Assembly: GCA_963825985.1 (NCBI GenBank)
Contig: CAWGVK010000014.1
Location: 21,334-85,333 of the forward strand
Reading direction: 5' to 3'
DNA length: 64,000 nt
From: an uncultured Actinomycetota bacterium
GTDB lineage: Bacteria; Actinomycetota; Actinomycetes; Propionibacteriales; Nocardioidaceae
The notes below the pieces were generated by a model. The model was not told the DNA's origin. It made no database searches and saw nothing but the letters and a program-made list of their open reading frames with translations. Position numbers and translations under genes: made by a program. The number at the start of each line of letters is the position of its first letter. Within the stretch, counting starts at the first letter, position 1. This document shows, piece after piece, positions 12,912 through 23,112 of the stretch.

Positions 12912-13909
12912 GGGTTGCTCCTCGTCAGGCGTCGGGGGTCGACGGCGGGCTCCACCCGCCCGGTCTCGAGGTGGTCGGCGACCAGCTCGGCGGTCAGCGG
13001 GGCGAGCAGCACGCCGTGGCGGAAGTGGCCGGCAGCGAGCACCACCCCGTCGTCGCCGGACGGGCCGATCAGCGGCAGGTTGTCGGGCGTGCCGGGGCGG
13101 TCACGGGCGTTGGCCTCGCACAGGCAGGCCCGCTCGAGGCCGGGCACCAGCTCCTGGGCGGCCACGAGCAGCCGCACCACGCCGCCGACGGTGGGGCGCG
13201 GCTCGGCGTCGTGCTCCTCCGAGGTCGCGCCGATCACCACCTCGCCGTCCGCGCGCGGCACGACGTACACGGGTTCGCCGCGCACCTCGGCCCGCAGCGT
13301 GTGGCGAGGGGGGTCGTCGCTGCGGGCGCGCACGATCTCACCGCGCACGCCCCGCACGAGGTGCCGCCACGGCACCGGCAGCCGGGCGCCCGTCGCGACC
13401 ACCGTGACGTCGTACGACGGCGGCGAGACGGCGGCGACCGGGTGCCGGCTCAGCAGTGCCGCGAGCACGGCGCGCGGGTCGACGCTGTGGTCGTCGGGCA
13501 GCAGCGCTCCCCCGGCGACGCGCGGGCTCAACGTCGGCTCGAGCCCCAGCAGCTCACGGCGGTCGAGCAGGTCGACGCGCACGTCGTGGCGGTCGAGCAG
13601 CGCGGCCCGGCGCTCGACCTGCTGCAGGTCGCCGCTGTCGAGACCGACCAGGAGCGTGCCCGTGGTGTGCAGGTCGACCTCGAGCCGGGCGGCGAACCGT
13701 GGCCACCGGGCCGCGCTGCGTCGTCCGAGGTCGAACAGTGCGTCCTCGCCGTGCCACGCCTCGCCGGCCGGGCTCAGCATCCCGGCGGCCGCCCACGATG
13801 CGCCGCTCGCCGGAGCGCGGTCGACGACGACCACGTCGTGGCCGCGGCGGGTCAGCTCGTCGGCACACGCCAACCCGATGAGGCCGGCCCCGAGGATCCG
13901 GACCCGCAT
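12908..13909 (-). CDS. thiO: Glycine oxidase
   Basis: GAGLIG FAD motif, ASWAAAGML, RPGTPDNLPLIG, GHFRHGVLLAP; ATG at 13909. Confidence 0.92.
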   Translation of the reverse strand: MRVRILGAGLIGLACADELTRRGHDVVVVDRAPASGASWAAAGMLSPAGEAWHGEDALFDLGRRSAARWPRFAARLEVDLHTTGTLLVGLDSGDLQQVERRAALLDRHDVRVDLLDRRELLGLEPTLSPRVAGGALLPDDHSVDPRAVLAALLSRHPVAAVSPPSYDVTVVATGARLPVPWRHLVRGVRGEIVRARSDDPPRHTLRAEVRGEPVYVVPRADGEVVIGATSEEHDAEPRPTVGGVVRLLVAAQELVPGLERACLCEANARDRPGTPDNLPLIGPSGDDGVVLAAGHFRHGVLLAPLTAELVADHLETGRVEPAVDPRRLTRSNP

Positions 13910-14496
13910 CAGGCGACCGCCGCCACCAGCTCCTCCGCTGACCTGACCGGGTCGGGTTGTCGCCAGATCCCGCCGATGACGGCGACACCGGCGGCGCCGG
14001 CCGCCAGCACCGCTCCCGCGTTGCCCTCGTCGATGCCGCCGATGGCGATGAGCGGCAGGACGCCGGCGGCGGCGCGCACGGCGTCCGGTCCGAGCGGGTC
14101 GGGCAGGTCGTCCTTGCTCGTCGTCGCGAAGACGGGTCCGAAGCCGGCGTAGTCGGCCCCGGCCGCCGCGGCGGCACGCACGTCGGCGGCACTGCGGCAG
14201 GTGGCGCCGACCAGCAGCCGTGGCGCCACCGCCCGGGCCGCGGCCACCGGGAGGTCGTCGGCGCCGAGGTGGACGCCGTCGGCGCCGGCCGCCAGCGCGA
14301 CGTCGACCCGGTCGTCGACGACGACCGTCGCGCCGTGCGGCCGCACCGAGGCGACCACCAGCTCGGCGAGGAGCACCAGCTCGCGGTCGGTGAGGGTCTT
14401 GGCCCGCACCTGGAAGCAGTCGACGCCGGCCGCGGCCAGGTCGGGGAGCAGGGAGAGGTCGTCGGTCGCACCGACCAGGCAGCACACACGGAACAC
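13909..14496 (-). CDS. thiE: Thiamine phosphate synthase
   Basis: QVRAK, VVDDRVDVALA, DGVHLGADDL, GFGPVFATTSK, AIGGI; GTG 14496 after GAGGAG. Confidence 0.9.
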   Translation of the reverse strand: MFRVCCLVGATDDLSLLPDLAAAGVDCFQVRAKTLTDRELVLLAELVVASVRPHGATVVVDDRVDVALAAGADGVHLGADDLPVAAARAVAPRLLVGATCRSAADVRAAAAAGADYAGFGPVFATTSKDDLPDPLGPDAVRAAAGVLPLIAIGGIDEGNAGAVLAAGAAGVAVIGGIWRQPDPVRSAEELVAAVA

Positions 14497-14506
14497 GGAG
14501 TCGCTC

Positions 14507-14600
14507 CTCACTTCCTTCGCCGGCATGACCCGGATCAGGTTCAACGGTCGGAGCGTCTACAGCTCCATCTCAGCCCGCTGCCGCGGACTCCCGTGGTGGA
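14507..14600 (-). promoter_or_regulatory. TPP riboswitch
   Basis: GGGAG...GCUGAGA...GACCGUUGAACCUGAUCCGGGUCAUGCCGGCGAAGGAAG abutting the thiE Shine-Dalgarno. Confidence 0.95.
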
Positions 14601-14650
14601 TGCGCCGACCGTAGCAGCCGCCCGCGAGCGCCCGGCGATAGCCTGCGGTC

Positions 14651-16355
14651 GTGAGCTCTGGTCCCGACTTCCACTACTCCGACCTGCTGCCGACCGGCGC
14701 GGATGACACGCCGTACCGGCTGGTGACGACCGAGGGCGTGAGCACCGTCGAGCTCGATGGTCAGACGTTCCTCCGGGTCGACCCCGCCGCGATCCAGCGG
14801 TTGACCGCCGAGGCGATGCACGACATCAGCCACTACCTGCGCCCGGCCCACCTCGCGCAGCTGCGCCGGATCATCGACGACCCCGAGGCGTCGGGCAACG
14901 ACCGCTTCGTCGCGCTCGACCTGCTCAAGAACGTCAACATCTCCGCCGGCGGCGTGCTGCCGATGTGCCAGGACACCGGTACCGCCATCGTGATGGGCAA
15001 GAAGTCGGAGGGCGTGCTCACCGGCGTCGACGACGCGGAGGCGATCAGCCGGGGCGTGTACGACGCCTACACCAGGCTCAACCTGCGCTACTCGCAGCTC
15101 GCGCCGCTGACGACGTACGACGAGAAGAACACCGGCACCAACCTGCCGGCCCAGATCGAGCTCTACTCCACGCCGTCGAAGGACGGCCGGCCCGAGTACA
15201 AGTTCCTCTTCATGGCCAAGGGCGGCGGGTCGGCCAACAAGTCGTTCCTGTTCCAGGAGACCAAGGCGATCCTCAACCCCAAGCGGATGCTGGCCTTCCT
15301 CGACGAGAAGATCCGCTCGCTCGGCACGGCCGCGTGCCCGCCGTACCACCTGGCGGTGGTGATCGGCGGCACCTCGGCGGAGTTCGCGCTCAAGACCGCG
15401 AAGTACGCCTCGGCCCACTACCTCGACCAGCTGCCGACCGAGGGGTCGATCAGCGCGCACGGCTTCCGCGACCTCGAGCTCGAGGAGGAGGTCTTCAAGC
15501 TGACGCAGTCGTTCGGGATCGGCGCGCAGTTCGGCGGCAAGTACTTCTGTCACGACGTGCGGGTGGTCCGGCTGCCGCGGCACGGCGCGTCCTGCCCGGT
15601 GGCGATCGCGGTGTCGTGCTCGGCCGACCGGCAGGCGCTGGGCAAGATCACCTCCGACGGGGTGTTCCTCGAGCAGCTCGAGACCGACCCGGCGCACTAC
15701 ATGCCCGACGCCGGCGTCGCCGACGACATCGCCGGCGGCGAGGTGGTCGCCATCGACCTCAACCGCCCGATGGCCGACATCCTCGCCGAGCTGTCGCAGC
15801 ACCCGGTGAAGACCCGGCTGTCGCTGACCGGGCCGCTGGTGGTGGCCCGCGACATCGCGCACGCGAAGATCCAGGAGCTGCTCGACGCGGGCGGCGAGAT
15901 GCCGGCGTACCTGAAGGACCACCCCGTCTACTACGCCGGCCCGGCCAAGACACCGGAGGGCTACGCGTCCGGCTCGTTCGGCCCCACCACCGCCGGCCGG
16001 ATGGACTCCTACGTGAAGCTCGTTCCAGTCGGCCGGCGGCTCGATGGTGATGCTCGCCAAGGGCAACCGGAGCAAGCAGGTCACCGAGGCCTGCAACGAG
16101 TACGGCGGCTTCTACCTCGGCTCGATCGGCGGCCCGGCCGCGCGGCTGGCCCAGGACTGCATCCGGTCGGTCGAGGTGCTGGAGTACCCCGAGCTCGGCA
16201 TGGAGGCGGTGTGGAAGATCGAGGTCGAGGACTTCCCGGCGTTCATCGTGGTCGACGACAAGGGCAACGACTTCTTCACCGACCCCTCCGGCGCGGTGAC
16301 CGTGCCGCTGAGCTCGTTGACCGGCGCCGGGATCCGGGTGCGCTCGGCGGAGTAG
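14651..16355 (+). CDS. fumB: Class I (Fe-S) fumarate hydratase, one frameshift at ~16021
   Basis: [46 protein letters not shown]; continues in ORF 16044-16355 ([24 protein letters not shown]). Confidence 0.9.
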
Positions 16356-16439
16356 CTCCGGCACCCGGGCTGTCTAGCCAACGTTGACTCCCCCGAGGGC
16401 CGGGTGTTGTCTGGAACCGAGGTCTGTGAAGGGGGAGCC

Positions 16440-16664
16440 GTGAGCCGAGTCATCGCCGACTGCCGCAGGTACGTGAGCGACAACGCCTGCCAACTGACCA
16501 TCATCGGGCCCGAGGACGACGTGCTGGCCGCCGCTGTGCAGCACGCCGTCGCCTCGCACGGGCACGCCGACACCCCTGAGCTGCGCGACGGACTTCGCGC
16601 GATGCTCGAGCCCGAGGAGACCTACGTCGCGGGTGAGCGCGCCCCGGAGCCGTTCCCCGGCTGA
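16440..16664 (+). CDS. DUF1059-like small metal-binding protein
   Basis: DCR...C.LTI.G.EDDVL.AAVQHAV.SHGH pattern; GGGGGAG RBS then GTG. Confidence 0.7.
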   Translation: MSRVIADCRRYVSDNACQLTIIGPEDDVLAAAVQHAVASHGHADTPELRDGLRAMLEPEETYVAGERAPEPFPG

Positions 16665-16705
16665 TCCACGCGTCGCGGTTCCCGGAGACCTGCCAAGATG
16701 GCCGC

Positions 16706-16978
16706 ATGCAGTGTCCTACCGACGGAACCACCCTCACCATGAGCGAGCGCAGCGGCATCGAGATCGACTACTGCCCCACCTGCCGCGGCGTCTGGCTCGA
16801 CCGCGGCGAGCTCGACAAGATCATCGAGCGCTCGCTCGGCCAGGGTGGCGCGCCGCCGTCCCAGCCTCAGCAGCCGCGGTACGACGACCGCGACCGCGAC
16901 CAGTCGTACCAGCGGGGCTACCAGCAGCCGCACGGCAAGAAGCGCAAGGAGAGCTGGCTCAGCGAGCTCTTCGACTGA
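16706..16978 (+). CDS. TFIIB-type zinc-ribbon protein
   Basis: MQCPTD...IEIDYCPTCRGVWLDRGELDKII...KKRKESWLSELFD. Confidence 0.88.
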   Translation: MQCPTDGTTLTMSERSGIEIDYCPTCRGVWLDRGELDKIIERSLGQGGAPPSQPQQPRYDDRDRDQSYQRGYQQPHGKKRKESWLSELFD

Positions 16979-17036
16979 GAGGTCGATCCCCCACCGGGGT
17001 GCGCCCCCGCGGCGCCGTACCAGCAAGGATGGGGTC

Positions 17037-17711
17037 GTGGAATACGTCGAGCTGGCCCGCGCCGAGTCCGAGCGCGGCGAGCTGGTGCTCCGCGAGCGTC
17101 GTCCCGGCGACGGCGGACCCACCTCGCTCGAGCTGCGGGCCAACGGCGTGTTCGTGATGGACACCCTCGAGGTGGCGACCGAGCAGGCGCTGGCCGCAGC
17201 GGCGCTCGATCTCGTCGCCGACCCACGCGCCGTGGTGGTCGGCGGGCTCGGCCTGGGCTTCACCATGCACGAGGTGCTCGCCGACTCCCGCGTCGAGACC
17301 TGCGCGGTCGTCGAGGTCGAGCAGGCGCTGGTCGACTGGATGCGCGACGGCACCATCGCCCACGGGCCGGCGCTGCTCGCCGACGGGCGGGTCTCGGTGG
17401 TGGTCGCCGACGTGGCGGTGGCGGTGGCCGAGGCCCGACCGGCGACGTACGACCTGGTGCTGCTCGACGTCGACAACGGGCCCGGCTACCTCGTCCACGA
17501 GGCGAACGCCGCGCTGTACGACGCCCCGTTCCTCGAGGGCGTGCGAGCGATGCTCCGCCCCGGCGGCGCGGTCGCGATCTGGTCGGCGGCGGAGGCCCCG
17601 CCCCTGCACGACGTGCTGCGCGAGGTCTTCGAGACGGCGCGCGCGCTGCCGCTCGACGTCCGGCTGCAGGACCGCGACGAGCAGTACTGGCTCTACGTCG
17701 GCGCGCTCTGA
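17037..17711 (+). CDS. Spermidine synthase-like SAM-dependent methyltransferase
   Basis: LRANGVFVMDT, VVGGLGLGFT, LLDVDNGP. Confidence 0.8.
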   Translation: MEYVELARAESERGELVLRERRPGDGGPTSLELRANGVFVMDTLEVATEQALAAAALDLVADPRAVVVGGLGLGFTMHEVLADSRVETCAVVEVEQALVDWMRDGTIAHGPALLADGRVSVVVADVAVAVAEARPATYDLVLLDVDNGPGYLVHEANAALYDAPFLEGVRAMLRPGGAVAIWSAAEAPPLHDVLREVFETARALPLDVRLQDRDEQYWLYVGAL

Positions 17712-17821
17712 GGATCGGTCTGCCGGCCGAGCGTCGCAAACTGCGACCTCCGGGGGGCGGGAACGCGCGAATACTGGCGGCGCTCATCTCGCCAGACACC
17801 AGCCAGACACCAGGAGTGCCC

Positions 17822-18497
17822 ATGACCTCGCGCCTGAAGGCCGCCGCGCCCCTCGCCCTCGTGATCGCGGTCCTCGCGTTCCTCTGGGTCGAGCTCAGCC
17901 TGAACTTCACCTTCCACTGGGTCACCTCGGGTGACCTCGGCAACGGGCTGAGCCTGCCGGCCAGCTTCCATCTCATCGTCCCGACGGCGTTCGTCTCGTG
18001 GGGCTTCTTCTTCGCCGCCGGGGCCGACAACGATGCCCTCCAGAAGGTGCTCGCCGCGTCGGTCGATCGGGTCGCTGGGGGGTCTCTTCGTGATGGGCCT
18101 GGCCCCGCAGGTCGCCGACCTGCCGGACTTCTGGGGCATCGCGCTGGTGGTCGCGGTCGCCGCTGTCGTGGTGGTCCTGGCCTCGGCGGTCGGCGACTGG
18201 TACTACGTGCCCGGGATCTTCGGCGCCTTCGCCGCGACCATCTTCTGGTGGATCGCCACCGGGCTGGACGGCTGGGCCATCGACGGCGGCGGCGTCGGCA
18301 ACAGCGTCGAGGCGCTCGGTGACCCCCTCACCGCGGGCGCCGGGGCGTTCGGCGGCGTCCTGTCGACGCCGTTCGTCTGGGTCTGGGTCAACACCCTGGT
18401 GACGCTGCTCATCGGCTGCGCGCTGGGCCTCTTGTCGGTCCGGCTCACGGCGCTGGTCACGCCGGCCGCGAAGCCGGAGCGCGAACCCGCGCACTAG
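17822..18497 (+). CDS. DUF1097-like membrane protein (frameshift ~18062)
   Basis: AGGAG RBS; AFVSWGFFFAAG in the first frame, further TM helices continue in ORF 18033-18497. Confidence 0.6.
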
Positions 18498-19045
18498 AGC
18501 TGTGGTGGCACCGGGTCGGCCGGAGCCATCGGGTCGACCCGCTCGTGCGCACGCTCGCGCACCGCGACCTTGATCTGCTCGATGTTGTTGCGCAGCAGGT
18601 CGGCGACGAGCTCGTCCATCCGCGGGTCGCTCAGCATGTCGACCAGCACCCGCATCACGGTCTCGGAGACCTCGGAGACGATCGTGTCGTAGCCGGGCAG
18701 CTTGCTGACCAGTCGGGCGTTGGGGTCGGACCGCACCTTCTCAGCCACCATCGCCTTGATCTCGAGGTGGTTCTCCAGCAGGGCGTCGGAGATGTTCTTC
18801 GTGTAGTGACCGGTCTGGATGACGGCAGCCACCTCGTCGAGCACCACGATCGTCAGCGGTCGCTTGATCAGCTCGAGCGCCCGGATCGACAGCCGGCTGG
18901 CCCGGTCGACCACCCACGGACGGCGCATCCCCATCCGCACGAGCAGCCCGCCGACCACGGCGGCGAGGATCGACCCGCCGAGGAGCACCCCCACCACGAG
19001 CAGCAGCACCTGCAGGGTGGACAGGTCCTCGAGCCACTGCGACAT
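18494..19045 (-). CDS. Hypothetical protein with N-terminal TM helix
   Basis: High GC3 ORF; TAGGCT -10 box 6 nt before ATG. Confidence 0.75.
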   Translation of the reverse strand: MSQWLEDLSTLQVLLLVVGVLLGGSILAAVVGGLLVRMGMRRPWVVDRASRLSIRALELIKRPLTIVVLDEVAAVIQTGHYTKNISDALLENHLEIKAMVAEKVRSDPNARLVSKLPGYDTIVSEVSETVMRVLVDMLSDPRMDELVADLLRNNIEQIKVAVRERAHERVDPMAPADPVPPQL

Positions 19046-19074
19046 GCCCGCAGCCTAGGAGAGGCAGGCGCTGT

Positions 19075-19325
19075 GGTCTCGTGACGGGCGCAGAGCGCCC
19101 TCCTCGACCACCGTCCGCGATGACTGGATGGGTCTCGTGACGGGCGCAAGCGCCCTCCTCGACCACCGTCCGCGATGACTGGATGGGTCTCGTGACGGGC
19201 GCAGAGCGCCCTCCTCGACCACCGTCGGCGATGACTGGATGGGTCTCGTGACGGGCGCAGAGCGCCCTCCCCGACCTCCGAGGCTCGCAGGTCGAGGAGG
19301 TTCCGCTAGGAACCGTCACGAGACC
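19075..19325. repeat. REP/BIME-like array: four direct 55-56-bp-period units plus one inverted unit
   Basis: GGTCTCGTGAC-GGGCGC-AGA-GCGCCC-TCCTCGACC starting at 19075, 19131, 19186, 19242; inverted variant 19290-19325. Confidence 0.9.
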
Positions 19326-19339
19326 CCCGACAGCACCTG

Positions 19340-19864
19340 TCAGGTGAACATGGCGACGTAGTGGTCCTGCTGGCCGGGGTAGTAGTCGTCGAAGTCGATG
19401 GCGGCGACGTCGGCCCCGGTCTCGGCGGCGACGAGGCGGTCGAGGTAGTACTCCCAGCCCGGACCGACCCCGCCGGCCATCGCGCCGTGCGGCACCGACT
19501 GCGAGAAGGTCAGCGTCGTGACGCCGTCCGCCTCGGCGAGCGTCAGCGTGAAGTGCCACACCTGCGGCGGATCGTCGTGGGTGGTCGAGGTGAGCACCAG
19601 GCGGTGCGGTCGCTCGCAGTCGTCGATGGTGAACGTCTCGTCGGAGTGACCCTCGCCCTCGGCGTTCATCGCGAACTGCACCGAGCCGGAGGCCGGGTCG
19701 CCGCTCCAGGTGCCGATCCAGCGTTCGAGCCGGTCCGACTCGGTGATCGCCGCCCAGACGTCGTCGATCCCGGCGTGGAAGGTGCGGTCGAGGACGACGC
19801 TGTCGAAGCCCTCGCGGGTCTCGCGGCGTCCGGTCGGCGTGGGCGTGCTCGTCTGCGGGGTCAT
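19340..19864 (-). CDS. SRPBCC/AHSA1-family protein
   Basis: RTFHAGIDDVWAAITESDRLERW, GPGWEYYLDRL. Confidence 0.85.
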   Translation of the reverse strand: MTPQTSTPTPTGRRETREGFDSVVLDRTFHAGIDDVWAAITESDRLERWIGTWSGDPASGSVQFAMNAEGEGHSDETFTIDDCERPHRLVLTSTTHDDPPQVWHFTLTLAEADGVTTLTFSQSVPHGAMAGGVGPGWEYYLDRLVAAETGADVAAIDFDDYYPGQQDHYVAMFT

Positions 19865-20238
19865 GCGGTGTCCTCCTCGGACTCGGTTGACTGGTGTGCC
19901 TGGTGGGTGGTGTCGGTACGCCGGTCGCGGACCGTGCGGCGCACCTCGAGGTCGAGGCCGTCGAAGGCCCGCTCGTCGAACGGGGCGCGGGGGCGCAGGT
20001 CGGCGAGGAACCCCGCCACGGGGTCGAGCCCCGACCGGTCCAGCGCGTAGTGGCGCTCGCGACCGTGCTCCGCGACCGAGGTCAGGCCCGCCTCGGTGAG
20101 CAGCCGCAGGTGCCGGCTCACGGCCGGGCGGCTGATCGGGTGCGACGCGGCCAGGTCGACGACCCGGGCCGGCCCGTCGGCGAGCGAGCGCAGCAGCGCC
20201 CGGCGTACCGGGTCGGCGAGGGCTGCGAAGGGATCCAC
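19861..20238 (-). CDS. ArsR/SmtB-family transcription regulator
   Basis: FAALADPVRRALL, ISRPAVSRHLRLLTEAGL, GRERHY. Confidence 0.9.
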   Translation of the reverse strand: MDPFAALADPVRRALLRSLADGPARVVDLAASHPISRPAVSRHLRLLTEAGLTSVAEHGRERHYALDRSGLDPVAGFLADLRPRAPFDERAFDGLDLEVRRTVRDRRTDTTHQAHQSTESEEDTA

Positions 20239-20247
20239 GCCCTATTA

Positions 20248-20263
20248 GTAACCGATCAGTTAC
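20248..20263. promoter_or_regulatory. Putative ArsR operator
   Basis: GTAAC-CGATCA-GTTAC palindrome 10 nt upstream of the ArsR start, downstream of a TTGACC -35-like box. Confidence 0.6.
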
Positions 20264-20347
20264 CCATTGGTCAAGGCCCGCACTCAGCGTGAGCGGCCGT
20301 TGCCGCGTAGAGACAGGTGAGACAGTGAGCAACGACCAAGGGGTGGC

Positions 20348-20845
20348 ATGTCAACGTCGCGGGACCGCGAGTTCGAGGAGTTCGTCGCGTCGGCCTGGCC
20401 CAGGCTGCGCCGCGCGGCGTACCTGCTCAGTCACGACACCCACGAGGCCGAGGACCTGGTGCAGGTCGCCCTGGCCCGCAGCTACGTCCACTGGGCTCGG
20501 GTACGACGCGAGGGTGCCTACCCCTACGTCCACCGGGCCCTGGTGAACGCCTACATCGACACCACCCGGCGCCGCCGACCGGTGCCCGTCGAGACCTCGA
20601 CGGACGCTCCGGCACCGACGGACCGATCGGTCGACGACCGCAGCGAGCTCACCGAGCTGCTGGCCCCGCTGTCTCCCCGCGAACGCACCATCGTCGTGTG
20701 GCGCTACTACCTCGACGCATCCGAGGCAGACGTCGCGCGGCAGCTCGGCATCTCCACGGGCACGGTGCGGAGCACGGCGTCGCGCGCCCTGGGGCGCCTG
20801 CGTGCGGGACTCAACCCGACCGACAGCGAAGGAAGAACCTCATGA
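20348..20845 (+). CDS. ECF sigma factor (SigE-family, sigma-70)
   Basis: FEEFV...LRRAAYLL...AEDLVQ, LSPRERTIVVWRYYLDASEADVARQLGISTGTVRS. Confidence 0.9.
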   Translation: MSTSRDREFEEFVASAWPRLRRAAYLLSHDTHEAEDLVQVALARSYVHWARVRREGAYPYVHRALVNAYIDTTRRRRPVPVETSTDAPAPTDRSVDDRSELTELLAPLSPRERTIVVWRYYLDASEADVARQLGISTGTVRSTASRALGRLRAGLNPTDSEGRTS

Positions 20846-21666
20846 GCGAGCAGACCGAGCTCCGCCGCATCGTCGACGCCGACCGTCCCCATGCCACGCC
20901 ACCCGACCTCTCGTCGCTGCGGGCCGCCGGACGCCGCCGGCTGCTGCGGCACCGCGCCGGCGTCGGCCTCGGCGCCCTCGCCGTGGTCGGCGTCCTCGCC
21001 GTCCCGGCCTACGTCGTCGCCCGCGACGGGTCGGACTCGACCCGCGCGGTCGAACCGGCCGCGACGACCAGCCCGACGAAGGCCCCCGAGACCGGCACGT
21101 GGACGCCGTCACGCGGCTGCGGGATCTTCGCCTGCGACATCTACGACCCGGTCCGCGAGCCCGACCAGATCCTCGGCGACGTGTGGGAGCTGCCGACGGA
21201 CCTCGACGGCGACCGGGAGATCGTCTACGCCTCGAAGGGTCCCGGGACCGACATGGAGACCGGCGAGCCGGCTCAGACGACCTCGATCAACATCGGCGTC
21301 CTGCGTGGCGGCGAGCCCTGGCGGATGGCGGCGCCGCTGCGCCCCGGCGACGAAGGCGGGCCGACCGGCGACCCCCGCGGCCCGCGCACGGCGTCGGTCA
21401 AGGAGCGCACCGGCTCGTTCCGCATCCTCGGCTACGTGCCCGGCACGCACACCGACCTCACGTGGACCGACGACGCCGGCACGACCCGGCCGGTCGAGGG
21501 CCTCAACGCCGACGTCGTGCCGGGGTTCACCGTCTTCTACGTCACCGGGTGGCAGAACTACACGCCCGGAGCCAACGACTGGTTCGCGATCGGCCTCACG
21601 ATCGACGTGCCCGGCCTCGGCAGCTACCCGATCGAGCCCACGCAGGTGGCCGCGGGCGGCTGGTGA
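20842..21666 (+). CDS. Single-pass membrane protein, probable anti-sigma partner
   Basis: ATGA overlap with the sigma gene; short N-terminal domain ending [11 protein letters not shown], one TM, extracytoplasmic C-terminus. Confidence 0.65.
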   Translation: MSEQTELRRIVDADRPHATPPDLSSLRAAGRRRLLRHRAGVGLGALAVVGVLAVPAYVVARDGSDSTRAVEPAATTSPTKAPETGTWTPSRGCGIFACDIYDPVREPDQILGDVWELPTDLDGDREIVYASKGPGTDMETGEPAQTTSINIGVLRGGEPWRMAAPLRPGDEGGPTGDPRGPRTASVKERTGSFRILGYVPGTHTDLTWTDDAGTTRPVEGLNADVVPGFTVFYVTGWQNYTPGANDWFAIGLTIDVPGLGSYPIEPTQVAAGGW

Positions 21667-21693
21667 GCAGGCCCTCCTAGTACGTTCGGAGTC

Positions 21694-23079
21694 ATGAGCG
21701 ACGACGTCCGGATCGAGCACGACTCCATGGGTGAGGTCGAGGTCCCGGCCGCGGCCCTCTGGCGGGCGCAGACCCAGCGCGCCGTCGAGAACTTCCCCAT
21801 CAGCGGCACCCCCATCGAGCCCCGGCTGGTGCACGCGCTCGGTCAGGTGAAGGCCGCCGCGGCGGTCGTCAACGGCGAGCTCGGCGTCCTCGACGCCGGG
21901 CTCGCCGCGGCGATCGCGAGCGCCGCCCGCGAGGTGGCCGAGGGCGGGCACGACGACCACTTCCCGATCGACGTGTTCCAGACCGGCTCGGGCACGAGCA
22001 GCAACATGAACGCCAACGAGGTGATCGCCTCGCTCGCCGGACGGGCCGGGGTCGACGTCCACCCCAACGACCACGTGAACGCCAGCCAGTCGAGCAATGA
22101 CACGTTCCCGACCGCCATCCACGTCGCCGTCGCCACGGCCGTCGTCGACGACCTGGTGCCGGCGCTGCAGACCCTGGCCGGCTCGCTGGGCGCGAAGGCC
22201 GAGGAGTTCGCCGGGCTGGTGAAGTCGGGGCGCACCCACCTGATGGACGCGACGCCGGTGATGCTCGGCCAGGAGCTCGGCGGGTACGCCGCCACCGTGC
22301 GGTACGCCGTCGAACGGCTCGAGAGCGTGCTCCCCCGGGTGCGCGAGCTGCCCCTGGGCGGCACCGCCGTCGGCACCGGCATCAACACCCCGCCCGGCTT
22401 CGCGAAGCGCGTCATCGAGGAGCTGTCACGCGTCACCGGTCAGCAGCTCACCGAGGCCCGTGACCACTTCGAGGCACAGGGCACCCGCGACTCCCTCGTC
22501 GAGCTGAGCGGCGTGCTGCGCACGGTTGCGGTCGGGCTGACCAAGATCTGCAACGACCTGCGCTGGATGTCGTCGGGGCCCACGACCGGGCTCGCCGAGA
22601 TCCACCTGCCCGACCTGCAGCCGGGCTCGAGCATCATGCCCGGCAAGGTCAACCCGGTGCTGCCGGAGGCGACCCTGATGGTCTGCTTCCAGGTGATCGG
22701 CAACGACGCCGCCGTCACCGCCGCCGGCGCGAGCGGCAGCTTCGAGCTTAACGTCGCGATGCCGGTGATCGCCCGCAACGTGCTCGAGTCGGTGCGGCTG
22801 CTGGCGACGTCCTCGACCCTGCTCGCGCACCGGTGCGTCGACGGCATCACCGCCGACGCCGAGCGGATGCGCCGCTACGCCGAGTCCTCGCCGTCGGTGG
22901 TCACGCCGCTCAACAAGCACCTGGGCTACGAGGCCGCGGCGAAGATCGCGAAGCAGGCGCTGGCCGAGGGCCGCACGATCCGCGAGACCGTGATCGCCCT
23001 CGGGTACGTCGAGCGCGGCGAGCTGAGCGAGGCCGAGCTCGACGCCGCCCTCGACCTCGAGGCGATGACCCACCCCTAG
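21694..23079 (+). CDS. fumC: Class II fumarate hydratase
   Basis: [56 protein letters not shown]. Confidence 0.95.
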   Translation: MSDDVRIEHDSMGEVEVPAAALWRAQTQRAVENFPISGTPIEPRLVHALGQVKAAAAVVNGELGVLDAGLAAAIASAAREVAEGGHDDHFPIDVFQTGSGTSSNMNANEVIASLAGRAGVDVHPNDHVNASQSSNDTFPTAIHVAVATAVVDDLVPALQTLAGSLGAKAEEFAGLVKSGRTHLMDATPVMLGQELGGYAATVRYAVERLESVLPRVRELPLGGTAVGTGINTPPGFAKRVIEELSRVTGQQLTEARDHFEAQGTRDSLVELSGVLRTVAVGLTKICNDLRWMSSGPTTGLAEIHLPDLQPGSSIMPGKVNPVLPEATLMVCFQVIGNDAAVTAAGASGSFELNVAMPVIARNVLESVRLLATSSTLLAHRCVDGITADAERMRRYAESSPSVVTPLNKHLGYEAAAKIAKQALAEGRTIRETVIALGYVERGELSEAELDAALDLEAMTHP

Positions 23080-23112
23080 GTTCGACCGGGCGGCTCGGGG
23101 TAGGGAGTCGCC

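Noticed and set aside
14497-14544. N-terminal extension MNLIRVMPAKEVR of ThiE in the ORF track
   Set aside because: It is the translated TPP riboswitch core; the real start is GTG 14496 after the SD
19075-19325. CRISPR array
   Set aside because: Linkers between repeats are essentially identical rather than unique spacers, the last unit is inverted, and no cas genes are present
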